This document shows, one piece after another, positions 53,637 to 63,672 of a DNA stretch of 64,000 bases. Made by a program: the position numbers and the translations under genes. The notes below the pieces were generated by a model. The model saw only the letters and a list, made by a program, of their open reading frames with translations. It was not told the DNA's origin and did not search any database. The first letter of the stretch is position 1. Every line of letters starts with the position of its first letter. Source of the DNA: Candidatus Acidiferrales bacterium (GTDB lineage Bacteria > Acidobacteriota > Terriglobia > Acidiferrales > UBA7541); contig DATNKM010000063.1 in NCBI GenBank assembly GCA_035603395.1, positions 3,065 to 67,064 on the forward strand, written 5' to 3'.

Positions 53637-54455
53637 TCAGCGAAGCGCCGCCAAGAAACTTCTCAGCGCCGAAACGCACTCCTCCGGCCGATCGATATAA
53701 ATCTCATGTCCCTCGCCGGCAATGCGTACGATTTCTCCTCGCGCTAGTGCCGCCGCGATCCGCTCCTGGTCCGCCATGGGAGTCGCCGCGCTCCGGGTAG
53801 GCGCGAGCACCAGCGCCGGCAAGCTTATTTGCGCCAGTAACGGCGTCACGTCCGTCGTTGAAACCACGCGGCTGTATGCCACCAGCGATTCCTTCTTCGC
53901 CCGCGCAAACTGCCGGATCGACCATTCCGTTCGCGCCTCATCCCCGCGCGGCGCTGTTCCCGGCTGCGACAATAGTTTGCGCGCCCAGCCCTCCGACCCC
54001 ATTTCCGTCAGCGCGCCTTGCCAGGTATCGTGGCCCAGGGCCAGGAATTTCTGCTCCGCCGGCCCGATCGTCGTCGGCGTACCGCACAGCGTCAGCGACC
54101 GCACGCGCAACGGATGCGTCGCCACATACCCGACCGCCAGCATTCCACCCGTCGATTCGCCCAGAAGATGCACGTCGCGCAAATCAAGCGCATCGCAGAA
54201 TGCCGCCAGATCCCTCACCAGCTCTTCGAACGACCATGGATACGCATCGCCCGGATCGCCTGACCCGCCATGCCCTCGCAGGTCGCGCCGGATCACCCGA
54301 TAATCACCCGCCAGCATCGGCACCCAGTGCCGCCAGAATTGCGAATTCCGCCCAAAGCCGTGCTGGATCAGAATCGTCTGCCGCGCACCCCACGGCGCAG
54401 TGAAATCGTCATCCTCAAAATACGTCACATACCCGTTGATCGTAATTTCAGGCAT
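53637..54455 (-). CDS. Alpha/beta-fold hydrolase
   Basis: HGFGRNSQFW (oxyanion region), the nucleophile elbow GESTGG, and a C-terminal GEGHEIY. 272 aa. Confidence 0.8.
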   Translation of the reverse strand: MPEITINGYVTYFEDDDFTAPWGARQTILIQHGFGRNSQFWRHWVPMLAGDYRVIRRDLRGHGGSGDPGDAYPWSFEELVRDLAAFCDALDLRDVHLLGESTGGMLAVGYVATHPLRVRSLTLCGTPTTIGPAEQKFLALGHDTWQGALTEMGSEGWARKLLSQPGTAPRGDEARTEWSIRQFARAKKESLVAYSRVVSTTDVTPLLAQISLPALVLAPTRSAATPMADQERIAAALARGEIVRIAGEGHEIYIDRPEECVSALRSFLAALR

Positions 54456-54511
54456 CGTTTTTTCGCACAGACGGCCGCCGCGAACGACAGCGCGTCCGCT
54501 TCGCTGCCAGG

Positions 54512-55102
54512 CTAGGGTTTCGGCGGCGCTGTCGTTCGCGGCGGCAGATCATCGAAAATCTCCCGTTTCGCGAATTTCCACTTTCCATCCTCGCGCTTCA
54601 GCACGTCCTCATAATGTCCCGCCCCCGCCACTACCGACTTGCAGTCCCGCGTCGCAATCGTTTCCCAATAAGCCTGATCGGTTGCCGTGTCTCCATCGAT
54701 ATGCAACGAAAGATTCGTCACCACGTGCATGGTCCGCGGCGTTCCGGGCGGCACCGGGCACGCAGAAGGCGTCGTAGGCACCGCCTGCCCGCCCGCCGCC
54801 GGCAGCTTGGTGAAGAATTCCGTGATTGCCGCCGGCCCCGTGCGCTTCGTCGCGCCACCCTGCATGATCAGCTGGCCGTCCTTCGCAAAGAACGAGCCAT
54901 ACACCACCCAATTCGCCGAATCGAGCGCCCGTGGGTAATCTCCCATCAACAGCTGCTCGATCTCCTGACGGTCCTCAATCATCTTCATCCGAGCCGCAGC
55001 ATCATCCTTTTGGCCCTGCCCGAACGCTCCGTTCGCCGTGCACAAAATCAAAACCGCCGCCGAAATGAGAACTGTCCTCACCGCCCGAAGTTGTCCCGTC
55101 AT
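54512..55102 (-). CDS. Secreted NTF2/SnoaL-like protein
   Basis: The ATG at 55102 follows GGGGGA. Signal peptide (VRTVLISAAVLILCTANGAFG), then MIEDRQEIEQLLMGDYPRALDSANW..., which is typical of SnoaL_4/DUF4440-like folds. Confidence 0.6.
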   Translation of the reverse strand: MTGQLRAVRTVLISAAVLILCTANGAFGQGQKDDAAARMKMIEDRQEIEQLLMGDYPRALDSANWVVYGSFFAKDGQLIMQGGATKRTGPAAITEFFTKLPAAGGQAVPTTPSACPVPPGTPRTMHVVTNLSLHIDGDTATDQAYWETIATRDCKSVVAGAGHYEDVLKREDGKWKFAKREIFDDLPPRTTAPPKP

Positions 55103-55302
55103 GGCATCCCCCGTTATTTCGCTCGGCTTCTCCGCGCCCTCAGCGTTTCTGCGGTCGGGCTTCGATGACATTTCTCATGCGCCTCAGTGCTGCCGTGGCT
55201 TTCCCTTGCCACCCGCGACGTTGTAACCTGTTTTGCCATTTTGCGCTAGGCCCCCGCCGCGTGATCGGGCGCCGTGCGGGATTTCCGAAGGAGGTATTCA
55301 AG

Positions 55303-56007
55303 ATGAACCTGCAAAACGCGGTGGCATTAATCACAGGCGGCAGCAGCGGCATAGGACGCGCGATCGCGCAGACTCTCGTCTCCGCCGGAGCCCGCGTGGC
55401 CATCACCGGACGCGACGAACGCCGCCTCGCCGATGCCGCCGCCGCGCTCAAAGTCCACGCGATCCGCGCAGACGTGACCAAGGAGGGCGATGTCGACCGC
55501 ACCTACCGCGAAGTCCTCGAAAAATTCGGCGATCTCGACATCCTCATCAACAACGCTGGCTTCGGCGTCTTCAAGAATCTCGTCGAAATGGACCTCGCCG
55601 ACTTCCAGTCCGTCTTCGCCACCAACGTCACCGGCGCTATGCTCATGGCCCGCGGAGCCGCGAAACATTTCATCGCCCGCCAGCGCGGAAACATCGTCAA
55701 CATCTCCAGCACCGCCGGCCTCAAGGGCGCCGCCCGAGGCACCGCCTACTACGCCAGCAAGTTCGCCCTCCGCGGCATGACGGAATGCTGGCGCGACGAG
55801 CTCCGTAAACACAACGTCCGCGTCATGCTCGTCAACCCCAGCGAAGTCCTCACAAATTTCTCCACCATCGCCGGCTTCGAACAAAAACCAAACGAGACCA
55901 AGCTCCGCCCCGAAGACATCGCCCTCATGGTAAAAGCCATCCTCGAAATGGACGACCGCGGCTTCACCCCCGAACTCTCGGTCTTTGCCACGAACCCCAG
56001 AAATTGA
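55303..56007 (+). CDS. SDR-family oxidoreductase
   Basis: AAGGAGG RBS, ALITGGSSGIGRAIA, NNAG, and YYASKFAL (YxxxK). Confidence 0.85.
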   Translation: MNLQNAVALITGGSSGIGRAIAQTLVSAGARVAITGRDERRLADAAAALKVHAIRADVTKEGDVDRTYREVLEKFGDLDILINNAGFGVFKNLVEMDLADFQSVFATNVTGAMLMARGAAKHFIARQRGNIVNISSTAGLKGAARGTAYYASKFALRGMTECWRDELRKHNVRVMLVNPSEVLTNFSTIAGFEQKPNETKLRPEDIALMVKAILEMDDRGFTPELSVFATNPRN

Positions 56008-56068
56008 TTTCGGTCGTCAGTCGGATCGCTCCAGGGAATGAAGGGTTGCGTCTTCGCCCGAAGGCAAA

Positions 56069-57211
56069 TCACAGCGGCGCCAGCACGGGCGGCGGCTCCC
56101 CGGATGTGTCTCGCGCCGGTGGTTCGGGCCCGAGCAGCGACGCCAGAGGCGAATATCGCGGCGCGAAAAAATAAATCGCATATGCCGGGAAAAACACGAT
56201 GATTGGTACGCAGATCAGCGCTACGGCAAACAGTAGAAGCGCCAGCGCAATCAACCCGAGAATAACCGCTGCCGAAATCGTGTAAAGGTTCCAGCCCCAT
56301 CCCGCCGCATGCCCGGCAAGCACCGCTAGGCCCCCAACTCCGCCGAAGATGATAAGCAACACCACGAGCGCGATGATCGCGCCGATCCCGAAGACGATCG
56401 TGGCCGCGATAGTCAGCCCGATTTTTATCCCGATGTACGCGGCGTAGCCGCCTTTCTCGAATCCGAGCCCTTGCCATAGCCTGCGCCAACCTTCCATCAC
56501 GGATAGGTCTTCCAGTGCCATTTGCGGGACCACAAAATCCTTGGTCATTACGCTGACCACTGCCGCGAATATAAGCAAGGCAATTAAGATCAAAAATAGG
56601 ACCAGTCCGCCGAGCACGAGTCCCAGTACATGGTCACCCGCATGCGTGAACCAACCGGCGGCGTAGGCGCACGCCGCCGGGATGCCGATGGCGATCAGCA
56701 GAACCGCGAAAATCGCCAGCATGAACAAAAGCCGCCACAGAAAAAGACGGAAGCCGGGCTGCTTGCGCCGAGTCCACCCGCGGCGGACGTGACACGCCCG
56801 CGCAACCACGCTGTCGAACAGGACGAATTGCATTACGCTGCTGATATACGTGAAGAGCACCAGCAGCACAATCGCCAACGCAATCAGCACGAAGGCCAGC
56901 CCGGTCCATGATGCGGGGTGGTGGGTGAACAGCGCCGCTAAATCGCCGCTGGGAGCCTGTGGCGATCCCTGGTTCTGTGTATCCGCCGGCAAATTGAAGT
57001 TGCAACCGCCGAAGGAACTCATCTCCCCAGCCAGAAGTCCCACGAAAGCCAATCGTACCCATTGGCCGAGGCGGAATGGCCGCAGCAGCATCTGCTCGGT
57101 ATGTCGAAAGGCTGGCTGTATCACGTCGCCCGCGGAAATCGGCAAACGCGCACCTCGATCGGACGGATTGCTCGCTCGACAGAAAGTACTGCGAAGCTTG
57201 TAAGAGAGCAA
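56069..57211 (-). CDS. Polytopic membrane protein, function unknown
   Basis: At least 6 long hydrophobic segments in the 380-aa ORF. The exact start is uncertain. Confidence 0.55.
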   Translation of the reverse strand: MLSYKLRSTFCRASNPSDRGARLPISAGDVIQPAFRHTEQMLLRPFRLGQWVRLAFVGLLAGEMSSFGGCNFNLPADTQNQGSPQAPSGDLAALFTHHPASWTGLAFVLIALAIVLLVLFTYISSVMQFVLFDSVVARACHVRRGWTRRKQPGFRLFLWRLLFMLAIFAVLLIAIGIPAACAYAAGWFTHAGDHVLGLVLGGLVLFLILIALLIFAAVVSVMTKDFVVPQMALEDLSVMEGWRRLWQGLGFEKGGYAAYIGIKIGLTIAATIVFGIGAIIALVVLLIIFGGVGGLAVLAGHAAGWGWNLYTISAAVILGLIALALLLFAVALICVPIIVFFPAYAIYFFAPRYSPLASLLGPEPPARDTSGEPPPVLAPL

Positions 57212-58021
57212 TTACATCGTGCCCGGCCCAACACCGATTCGACAGATTCGGGCGCTGGGCCGAAAACGGATCGCGCCAAAGCAGCCAATCAAAAGACCCT
57301 GACCGTTCTGCCGCAGCTAACCATCGAACTCCAGAAGAAAGCCGTGGAGGCAGGCGAACAAGCCGGCCGTTCGCGCCTCAAAAGTCCGCACACGCTCACC
57401 CTTGCGCTCACCTCTGCACGTACTAAGATAGTCGCGTGACGACCAGCACCAACATTCGCGACGCAGTCGCCAGTCTCCAGAGTACGACGCCCGGACTGCG
57501 CCCGCCCGCGCGCACTAGAAAAAGTCTACAGGCGCACATACTTTTTTTCTTCGGACGTCGCAGTATCATGGACACCATGAGCAGAAGTTTCAGACGTCGA
57601 ACAAACGCCGGCCACCGCGCCGCCGCAGCGATCCTCGGCGCGGACAGCACCCATCTGCGCCAAAAAGGGCGGGACTGGGTCATACCCTTTTTCAGCCCTA
57701 ACTCATTGAAAACAAACAATCGGCACACCGAAGGAGTGGGACGCTTTTTCGAGGCATCGATTCTAGATACTGTAATTCCCGTGACTGGATTCGTCCCCGT
57801 TTTTCACAGCATTCGGCACCAAACGAAGTGTCACAGCATGCAAGGTTCTTTCACGCGTAAGCTATTGAAAACAAAACACGGGCGCCGTCGCGAAGGGACA
57901 CGCAAACGGGATGCTCGGGTGGTAGATTCTTTGCTCGGACTTGGTCCGCTTTTCAGCGCCGAATCCGGGAATCTCCCGGCCTCGCGCGGTCATCGGATAG
58001 CCTTTCAGGAGGAACCACGAC

Positions 58022-59131
58022 ATGCGATTGAATGAGTACGTCACGCTCGGCCGTACCGGACTTCGCGTCAGCCCGCTCTGCCTGGGCGCCATGGGCTTCG
58101 GCACCGCCTGGGGCTGGGGCGCCGACGAAAAGCTTGCTGTCGAGATGCTCGATCTCTACGTCAAGGATGGCGGCAACTTCATCGATACTGCCAACGGCTA
58201 CCAAAACGGCCAGAGCGAGCAGATCGTCGGCAAATTTGTCGCCGAACGCAAGCTCCGCGACCAGGCCGTCATCGCCACGAAATTCACGTTCGGCACGCAG
58301 CAGGGAAATCCCAATGCCGGCGGCAACGGCCGAAAAAATATCTACACCGCGCTCGAAGCCTCGCTCAGCCGCCTCGGGACCGATTACATCGACCTCTACT
58401 ATCTTCATTCCTGGGACATGATCACGCCGGTCGAGGAAGTCATCTCCACGCTCACCGATCTCGTCCGGGAAGGGAAAATCCGTTATTACGGGCTGTCCGA
58501 CACGCCCGCGTGGTATTTCACCCGCGCACAAACGCTGGCGGAGAAAGGCGGCCTCGAGCGATGCGCCACGCTGCAGCTTGAATACTCGCTCGCCGAGCGC
58601 AATATCGAACGCGAGCATATTCCCGCAGCGCAGGAGCTCGGCATCGGCCTCTGCCCCTGGAGCCCGCTCGCTGGCGGATTGCTTACCGGAAAATACAAAC
58701 GCGAAGCCAACGGCGGCAGCGGCGAAGGCCGGCTCACGGCACCGAATCCGATCTTCAATAAATTCACGGAGCACAACTGGCGAGTGCACGACGTGCTGAT
58801 CGACGTCGCGAAGAAACTCGGAAAGCCGCCCGCGCAGGTCGCCATCAACTGGCTCGTCACCCAGCCGGGCGTCACCTCCGTGATTTTGGGCGCCACGAAA
58901 ACCGCGCAGCTCGCCGACAATCTCGGCTCGCTCGATTTCGCGATTCCCGCGGATCTCCGCAAGCGGCTCGACGAAGTGGGCAAGCCCGAAGCCGTGCATC
59001 CTTACAACTTCTACACGCCGGGAATTCAGTCCCGCGTCAGCGGAAATACTTCGGTGCGCGAATGGCGCCGCGGTTACGTTTACGAAGGTCCGCTCGCGCC
59101 AGCGCCGGAGAAAAAAGCCAGCGCGAGCTAA
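58022..59131 (+). CDS. Aldo/keto reductase
   Basis: AGGAGG RBS. MRLNEYVTLGRTGLRVSPLCLGAMGFG...FIDTANGYQNGQSEQIVG...DLYYLHSWD...LSDTPAW. Confidence 0.9.
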   Translation: MRLNEYVTLGRTGLRVSPLCLGAMGFGTAWGWGADEKLAVEMLDLYVKDGGNFIDTANGYQNGQSEQIVGKFVAERKLRDQAVIATKFTFGTQQGNPNAGGNGRKNIYTALEASLSRLGTDYIDLYYLHSWDMITPVEEVISTLTDLVREGKIRYYGLSDTPAWYFTRAQTLAEKGGLERCATLQLEYSLAERNIEREHIPAAQELGIGLCPWSPLAGGLLTGKYKREANGGSGEGRLTAPNPIFNKFTEHNWRVHDVLIDVAKKLGKPPAQVAINWLVTQPGVTSVILGATKTAQLADNLGSLDFAIPADLRKRLDEVGKPEAVHPYNFYTPGIQSRVSGNTSVREWRRGYVYEGPLAPAPEKKASAS

Positions 59132-59134
59132 TCC

Positions 59135-60409
59135 CTACGCGACGGGCGCGGGAATTTTTCGCGCATTCTCGGCTGCGGGAAGCTCGTCGAGCTTCCGCAG
59201 CTCGGGAAACAGCCCGGCCCACGCGAGCGTGACGACGATCGCGCCGATTCCGCCGATGACCACGGAGGTGACGGTGCCGAACCAATGCGCCGTCAAGCCC
59301 GATTCGAATCCGCCGAGCTCGTTCGACGTGCCGATGAAAATCATATCGACGGCGTTTACGCGGCCGCGCATCTCGTTCGGCGGCACCAGCTGAATCAGGA
59401 TGCCGCGAATCACCACGCTGACCATGTCCGTCGCGCCGGCCAGAATCAGCGCGATCATCGAGAGCACCATGCTGTGGGAAATGCCGAACAGGATCGTGGC
59501 CAAGCCGTAAGCCGCGACACACCAGAACATTTTCGCGCCGGCGTAGCGGCCCAGCGGCCATTTCGACAGCAACAGCGCCATCGCGGCCGCACCGATCGCT
59601 TGCGCGCATCGCAACAGGCCGAGTCCCCACGGCCCGGTGTGCAGAATGTCGTGCGCGAACGCCGGCAGCAAATAGACCGCGCCGCTGAGCAGCACCGCAA
59701 ACATATCGAGCGAGATCGACCCCAGTACCATTTTCTCGCGCCAGATGTAGTGCAAGCCGGCGAGAACTGTTTTGCGGCTGAAGGATTCGCGCGCGCGCGG
59801 CCTGAATGTCGGCTTCACGCCGAGCATCGAAACCGCGGCCGACGCAGCAGCGATCGTGGCCATCGCGTACACGGCGGACGGGCCGCGGAACAGCGCGTAG
59901 ATCAGCCCGCCGGCCGCCGGCCCCATGATCGTGGCCGCTTCGAAAATAATCGCGGCCCAGGTAAAGGCACCCTGGAATTGTTCCTCCGGTACGAGCAGCG
60001 GCAGAATCGCGCGGCTCGCGGGGGCGTTGAAGCAGCGCACCACGCCGACGAGCACGACGACACCGTAAATCAGAAGGATGGAATGGATGTGACGCAAACT
60101 GATCGTGAGCAGCAGCGCCGAGCACACCGCGAAACCCGCGTACCCTACGGTGAGAATTTTGCGACGGTCGTAGCGATCGGCGGTGTGGCCGGAAACAAGA
60201 AAGAGAAGAATGCCAGGAAGAAACTGCCACAGGCCGACGAGGCCGAGGTCAAGCTTGCTCTTCGTGATTTCGTAGACCTGCCAGCCGATGGCGACCGATT
60301 GCATCTCCGTGGCGAGCACGATGAAAAACCGCGCGGTCTGAAACAGCCGGTAGGAGGGATAGGTGAACGCTACGGAGCTTGCGTGCGTGGGAGTCCCGGA
60401 AGCAGCCAT
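59135..60409 (-). CDS. MFS transporter (EntS/MFS_3-like exporter)
   Basis: YRLFQTARFFIVLATEMQSVAIGWQVYE...GHTADRYDRRKIL. 12-TM profile. Confidence 0.8.
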   Translation of the reverse strand: MAASGTPTHASSVAFTYPSYRLFQTARFFIVLATEMQSVAIGWQVYEITKSKLDLGLVGLWQFLPGILLFLVSGHTADRYDRRKILTVGYAGFAVCSALLLTISLRHIHSILLIYGVVVLVGVVRCFNAPASRAILPLLVPEEQFQGAFTWAAIIFEAATIMGPAAGGLIYALFRGPSAVYAMATIAAASAAVSMLGVKPTFRPRARESFSRKTVLAGLHYIWREKMVLGSISLDMFAVLLSGAVYLLPAFAHDILHTGPWGLGLLRCAQAIGAAAMALLLSKWPLGRYAGAKMFWCVAAYGLATILFGISHSMVLSMIALILAGATDMVSVVIRGILIQLVPPNEMRGRVNAVDMIFIGTSNELGGFESGLTAHWFGTVTSVVIGGIGAIVVTLAWAGLFPELRKLDELPAAENARKIPAPVA

Positions 60410-60489
60410 CGCAAGTTACTTTGCCACAAAACTTCGTATCGCACGAGACGGGTGAAGGAGTCGCAGCGGATCGCGGGCGCGCAGTGAGA

Positions 60490-61158
60490 CTATTTCGCCG
60501 AGCTGGTGCCGAGCATGCCGTCGAAGAATACGCCGAGCAGATCGCGCGTGTCCTGTTCGGAAACCATCGACGGATCGACGATATGTTCGAGCGCAAGCGC
60601 GCTGGAAAATGCGCCGAATCCGGCTGCAGCGGTCGTGAAAGAAACCGGAAGCGTGCGGCCGGTGACGTGCGTGATGCGGCGAAGCAGGTCCGCGGCGGAC
60701 TCCCGCAGACGGCGTTGGCGCGCGCGCAGCCGCGCATGCGCTTCGGGATGGCGGATCGCGAACATTTTGAATTCGAGCGTCAACAGGGAAAGCCGCCGAT
60801 CCTGCGTCTTCTGGACGTAATGCTCGCGGAGCGCTCGCAGAAGTTTCGCGGGACTTTCCTGTTGGGCGATCAGCGCGTTGACCTCGCTCACGCGCTGCCC
60901 CACCCAGCGCTCCAGTAGCGCGAGAAAGATGTCTTCTTTGCTCTGGAAATTGGCGTAGAAGGCACCGCGCGTGTAACCGGCGAGGCTCGCGATATCTTCC
61001 AGGCGCGCGGCTTCGAATCCGTCGCGCGCAAAGATTTTTTCCGCGGCTTCCAGGAGTTTCCGGCGGGTCGCTTCGGTGCGCGCCTGCTGTCTCGAGGGCG
61101 CTGCGGAAACGGGGCGGGCGGCGACCGCCTGAGATCGTCGCGGAAGTGGCTGGGTCAT
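60490..61158 (-). CDS. TetR/AcrR-family transcriptional regulator
   Basis: TRRKLLEAAEKIFARDGFEAARLEDIASLAGYTRGAFYANFQSKEDIF (TetR HTH). Confidence 0.9.
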   Translation of the reverse strand: MTQPLPRRSQAVAARPVSAAPSRQQARTEATRRKLLEAAEKIFARDGFEAARLEDIASLAGYTRGAFYANFQSKEDIFLALLERWVGQRVSEVNALIAQQESPAKLLRALREHYVQKTQDRRLSLLTLEFKMFAIRHPEAHARLRARQRRLRESAADLLRRITHVTGRTLPVSFTTAAAGFGAFSSALALEHIVDPSMVSEQDTRDLLGVFFDGMLGTSSAK

Positions 61159-61217
61159 GGTCTCGTCATGGCGATCTACGCCGTTGCCGGTTGAAGCAGC
61201 AATGACGCTGCGCGAGC

Positions 61218-61246
61218 TTTACAGCATACATACACGCATGTATATT
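61218..61246 (+). promoter_or_regulatory. Candidate promoter with embedded palindromic operator between the TetR gene and the DHA2 exporter gene
   Basis: TTTACA (61218-61223), a 17-nt spacer, then TATATT (61241-61246). The inverted repeat ATACAT-N6-ATGTAT (61226-61243) lies inside the spacer and -10 element. Confidence 0.45.
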
Positions 61247-61280
61247 ATTTAAGAGTCCCCAGAATTACAACAGGGAATTC

Positions 61281-62885
61281 ATGGCAGCCGCTGCAGCCGT
61301 AATCGATCACGCCTCCTGGCGTCCGCGCTACAATCCCTGGCTCGTCGCCTTCACGGTGACGCTTGCGACGTTCATGGAGGTCCTCGACACGTCCATCGCC
61401 AATGTGGCGCTGCCGCACATCGCCGGGACGTTCGGCGCGAGCACGAACGAAGCCACCTGGGTGCTGACCAGTTATCTGGTGTCGAACGGAATCGTGCTAC
61501 CAATCAGCGCATGGCTGGCCACGCGCGTGGGCCGCAAGCGATACTACATGTTCTGCGTGGTGGTGTTCGCGGGCAGCAGCTTTCTGTGTGGTCTGGCACC
61601 AACTCTGGGAATGCTCGTCTTTTTCCGTATCGTGCAGGGCGTCGGCGGCGGGGGATTACAGCCCAGCGAGCAGGCGATCCTGGCGGACTCGTTCACTCCC
61701 GAGCAGCGCGGCATGGCGTTCTCGATTTATGCAATGGCAGTGGTGCTCGCGCCGGCGATCGGCCCGACGATCGGCGGCTACATCACTGATAACTACAGTT
61801 GGCGCTGGATTTTCTATATCAACGTCCCCATCAGCATCCTCTCGCTTTTCCTGACCTCTCGCATCGTTGAGGATCCGCCGTACCTGGCGCAGGAAAAGAT
61901 CAAAGCGGCGAGGGCGGGTATCGACTATTGGGGCCTGGGACTGGTGGCGCTGGGCGTCGGTGCGTTGCAGATGGTGATGGACAAGGGGCAGGAGCTCGAC
62001 TGGTTCGGCTCGCACTGGATCACCTTCGGCCTGATTTTCTCGGCGATCATGCTGACTGTTTTCATCTGGCGGGAATGGCATCATCCGCATCCGATCGTGG
62101 AGCTCACGCTATTGAAGAAACGCAATCTGGCCACGGCGATGCTTTCGATGGTGATGCTCGGGATGGTGCTGTACGGCATGACGGTCGTGCTGCCCCAGTT
62201 TCTGGAGACCTTGATGGGTTATTCGGCCGCGCAGGCGGGCGAGTGCATGGCCCTGGGCGGCTTCCTGATGATGCTTACCATGCCCATGGCCGGCGCGCTG
62301 AGCGGGAAAATGGATCCGCGCTACTTGCTGGTGTTCGGCTACGGAACAACCGCGCTGGGTCTTTACTACGTGGCGACGCACATCAGCCTGGACATGGGTT
62401 TTCCCACGGCCGCGATGCTGCGGACGTATCAAGTGGCCGGACTTGCGTTCATTTTCATTCCTTCGAACGTGCTGTGCTATCAGGGAATTCCGCGCGAGAA
62501 GAGTAACCAGGTAGCCAGCATGATGAATTTCGTACGCAATATCGGCGGCAGCATCGGAATTGCGTTGGTCAGCACCCTGATCACGCGCGCAACGCAGCGC
62601 CGGCAGAACTATCTGGCCGCGAACATGAATAACGGGAACCCACGCTTCCGCGACATGGTCAACGGCATGTCCGCCACGCTGCACAGCCAGGGTGTGAGCG
62701 CGGCCGACGCGATACATCAGGTCTACGGCCGGCTGACGTTCATGATGGAGCAGCAGGCCGCGGCGCTGGCGTACCGGGATGTGATCGCGCTGCTGGCTGT
62801 CGTGGTCTTGTGCCTGGTGCCGCTGGCGTTCCTGATGCAGAAACCCGCAGCCGCACCACCGAAAGACGCGCCGCCCGCGCACTAA
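61281..62885 (+). CDS. DHA2-family (EmrB/QacA-like, 14-TM) MFS efflux transporter
   Basis: WLVAFTVTLATFMEVLDTSIANVALPHIAG...RVGRKRYYM...RIVQGVGGGGL. 534 aa. Confidence 0.85.
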   Translation: MAAAAAVIDHASWRPRYNPWLVAFTVTLATFMEVLDTSIANVALPHIAGTFGASTNEATWVLTSYLVSNGIVLPISAWLATRVGRKRYYMFCVVVFAGSSFLCGLAPTLGMLVFFRIVQGVGGGGLQPSEQAILADSFTPEQRGMAFSIYAMAVVLAPAIGPTIGGYITDNYSWRWIFYINVPISILSLFLTSRIVEDPPYLAQEKIKAARAGIDYWGLGLVALGVGALQMVMDKGQELDWFGSHWITFGLIFSAIMLTVFIWREWHHPHPIVELTLLKKRNLATAMLSMVMLGMVLYGMTVVLPQFLETLMGYSAAQAGECMALGGFLMMLTMPMAGALSGKMDPRYLLVFGYGTTALGLYYVATHISLDMGFPTAAMLRTYQVAGLAFIFIPSNVLCYQGIPREKSNQVASMMNFVRNIGGSIGIALVSTLITRATQRRQNYLAANMNNGNPRFRDMVNGMSATLHSQGVSAADAIHQVYGRLTFMMEQQAAALAYRDVIALLAVVVLCLVPLAFLMQKPAAAPPKDAPPAH

Positions 62886-62910
62886 GGGGGCCTCTGCCGC
62901 TGCGATCCGT

Positions 62911-63672
62911 TTATTTTGGCGCCAGAAGCCGTACCACGTCGGCAAGGTGGCTCTTTTTCGCGATCATAAGGGCCGTCTCGCCGCGCTGATTACGGATTTC
63001 AATGTTGGCGTCTCTTTCGACCAGCAGCCTTGCTGCAGGAGTTAGATCGATCGCGCCTCCTGCCGCGGCCATCATCAGAGCGGTGTTGCCGTCGTTGTCC
63101 CGGGCATCGATGATGGCGCCGTGGTCGAGCAGAAGCTTCATGTTGTCGGTGCGCGACCAGGATATGGCGTCCATCAGTGCCGTTCTTCCAACCTCATTCT
63201 TAGCATTTGGATTCGCGCGCTTCTCCAATAGCAATTTCATGGATTCGTAGGTATCCGGCATGTCGATGATGGCGCAAATGCAGGCGGCCGACATTAAGGC
63301 GGTATTGCCGAATTTATCCGCGGCGTCGGGATTGGCTCCGTTCACAAGGAGCTCGTTTACGGCGTCGGTCTGGCCATAGGTCGCGGCTACGATCAACGGC
63401 GTGCTGCTGCCGTTTTCGGGTCCGTCGCGTGCCTCGATTTGCGCGCCGCTTTGAAGCAGAAGCCTGATTGTGCGGGAGTAGGCGGAATTTGGGTCTGCCT
63501 TGGAGGAGTATCTTCCTTTGAAGGTTTGATTCGATTCGTTTGTAACTTCCATCATGGCGATGGGTAGGCCGTGCGCTGCTGCGAATAGCGCCTCGTTTTT
63601 GTCCTCGAGACTGAATCCCTTCGCCAAGAACAGCCCGACCGCATCCGAGTTTCCGCGTTCGGCGGCGGTCAC
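62911..63672 (-). CDS. Ankyrin-repeat protein, downstream fragment of an apparently frameshifted gene
   Basis: Repeats such as GSSTPLIVAATYGQTDAVNELLVNGANPDAADKFGNTALMSAA, GRTALMDAISWSRTDNMKLLLDHGAIIDARDNDGNTALMMAA, and RGETALMIAKKSHLADVVRLL. The nominal GTG start at 63672 sits in mid-repeat. Confidence 0.6.
   Translation of the reverse strand: MTAAERGNSDAVGLFLAKGFSLEDKNEALFAAAHGLPIAMMEVTNESNQTFKGRYSSKADPNSAYSRTIRLLLQSGAQIEARDGPENGSSTPLIVAATYGQTDAVNELLVNGANPDAADKFGNTALMSAACICAIIDMPDTYESMKLLLEKRANPNAKNEVGRTALMDAISWSRTDNMKLLLDHGAIIDARDNDGNTALMMAAAGGAIDLTPAARLLVERDANIEIRNQRGETALMIAKKSHLADVVRLLAPK

Noticed and set aside
57436-58035. 199-aa plus-strand ORF in the 810-bp intergenic region
   Set aside because: It has no RBS, an odd Arg/His/Thr/Ser-rich composition, and runs through the AKR ribosome-binding site. 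I treat it as non-coding and report the region as a finding instead.
57953-58999. 348-aa minus-strand ORF
   Set aside because: It is antisense to the clearly recognisable aldo/keto reductase.
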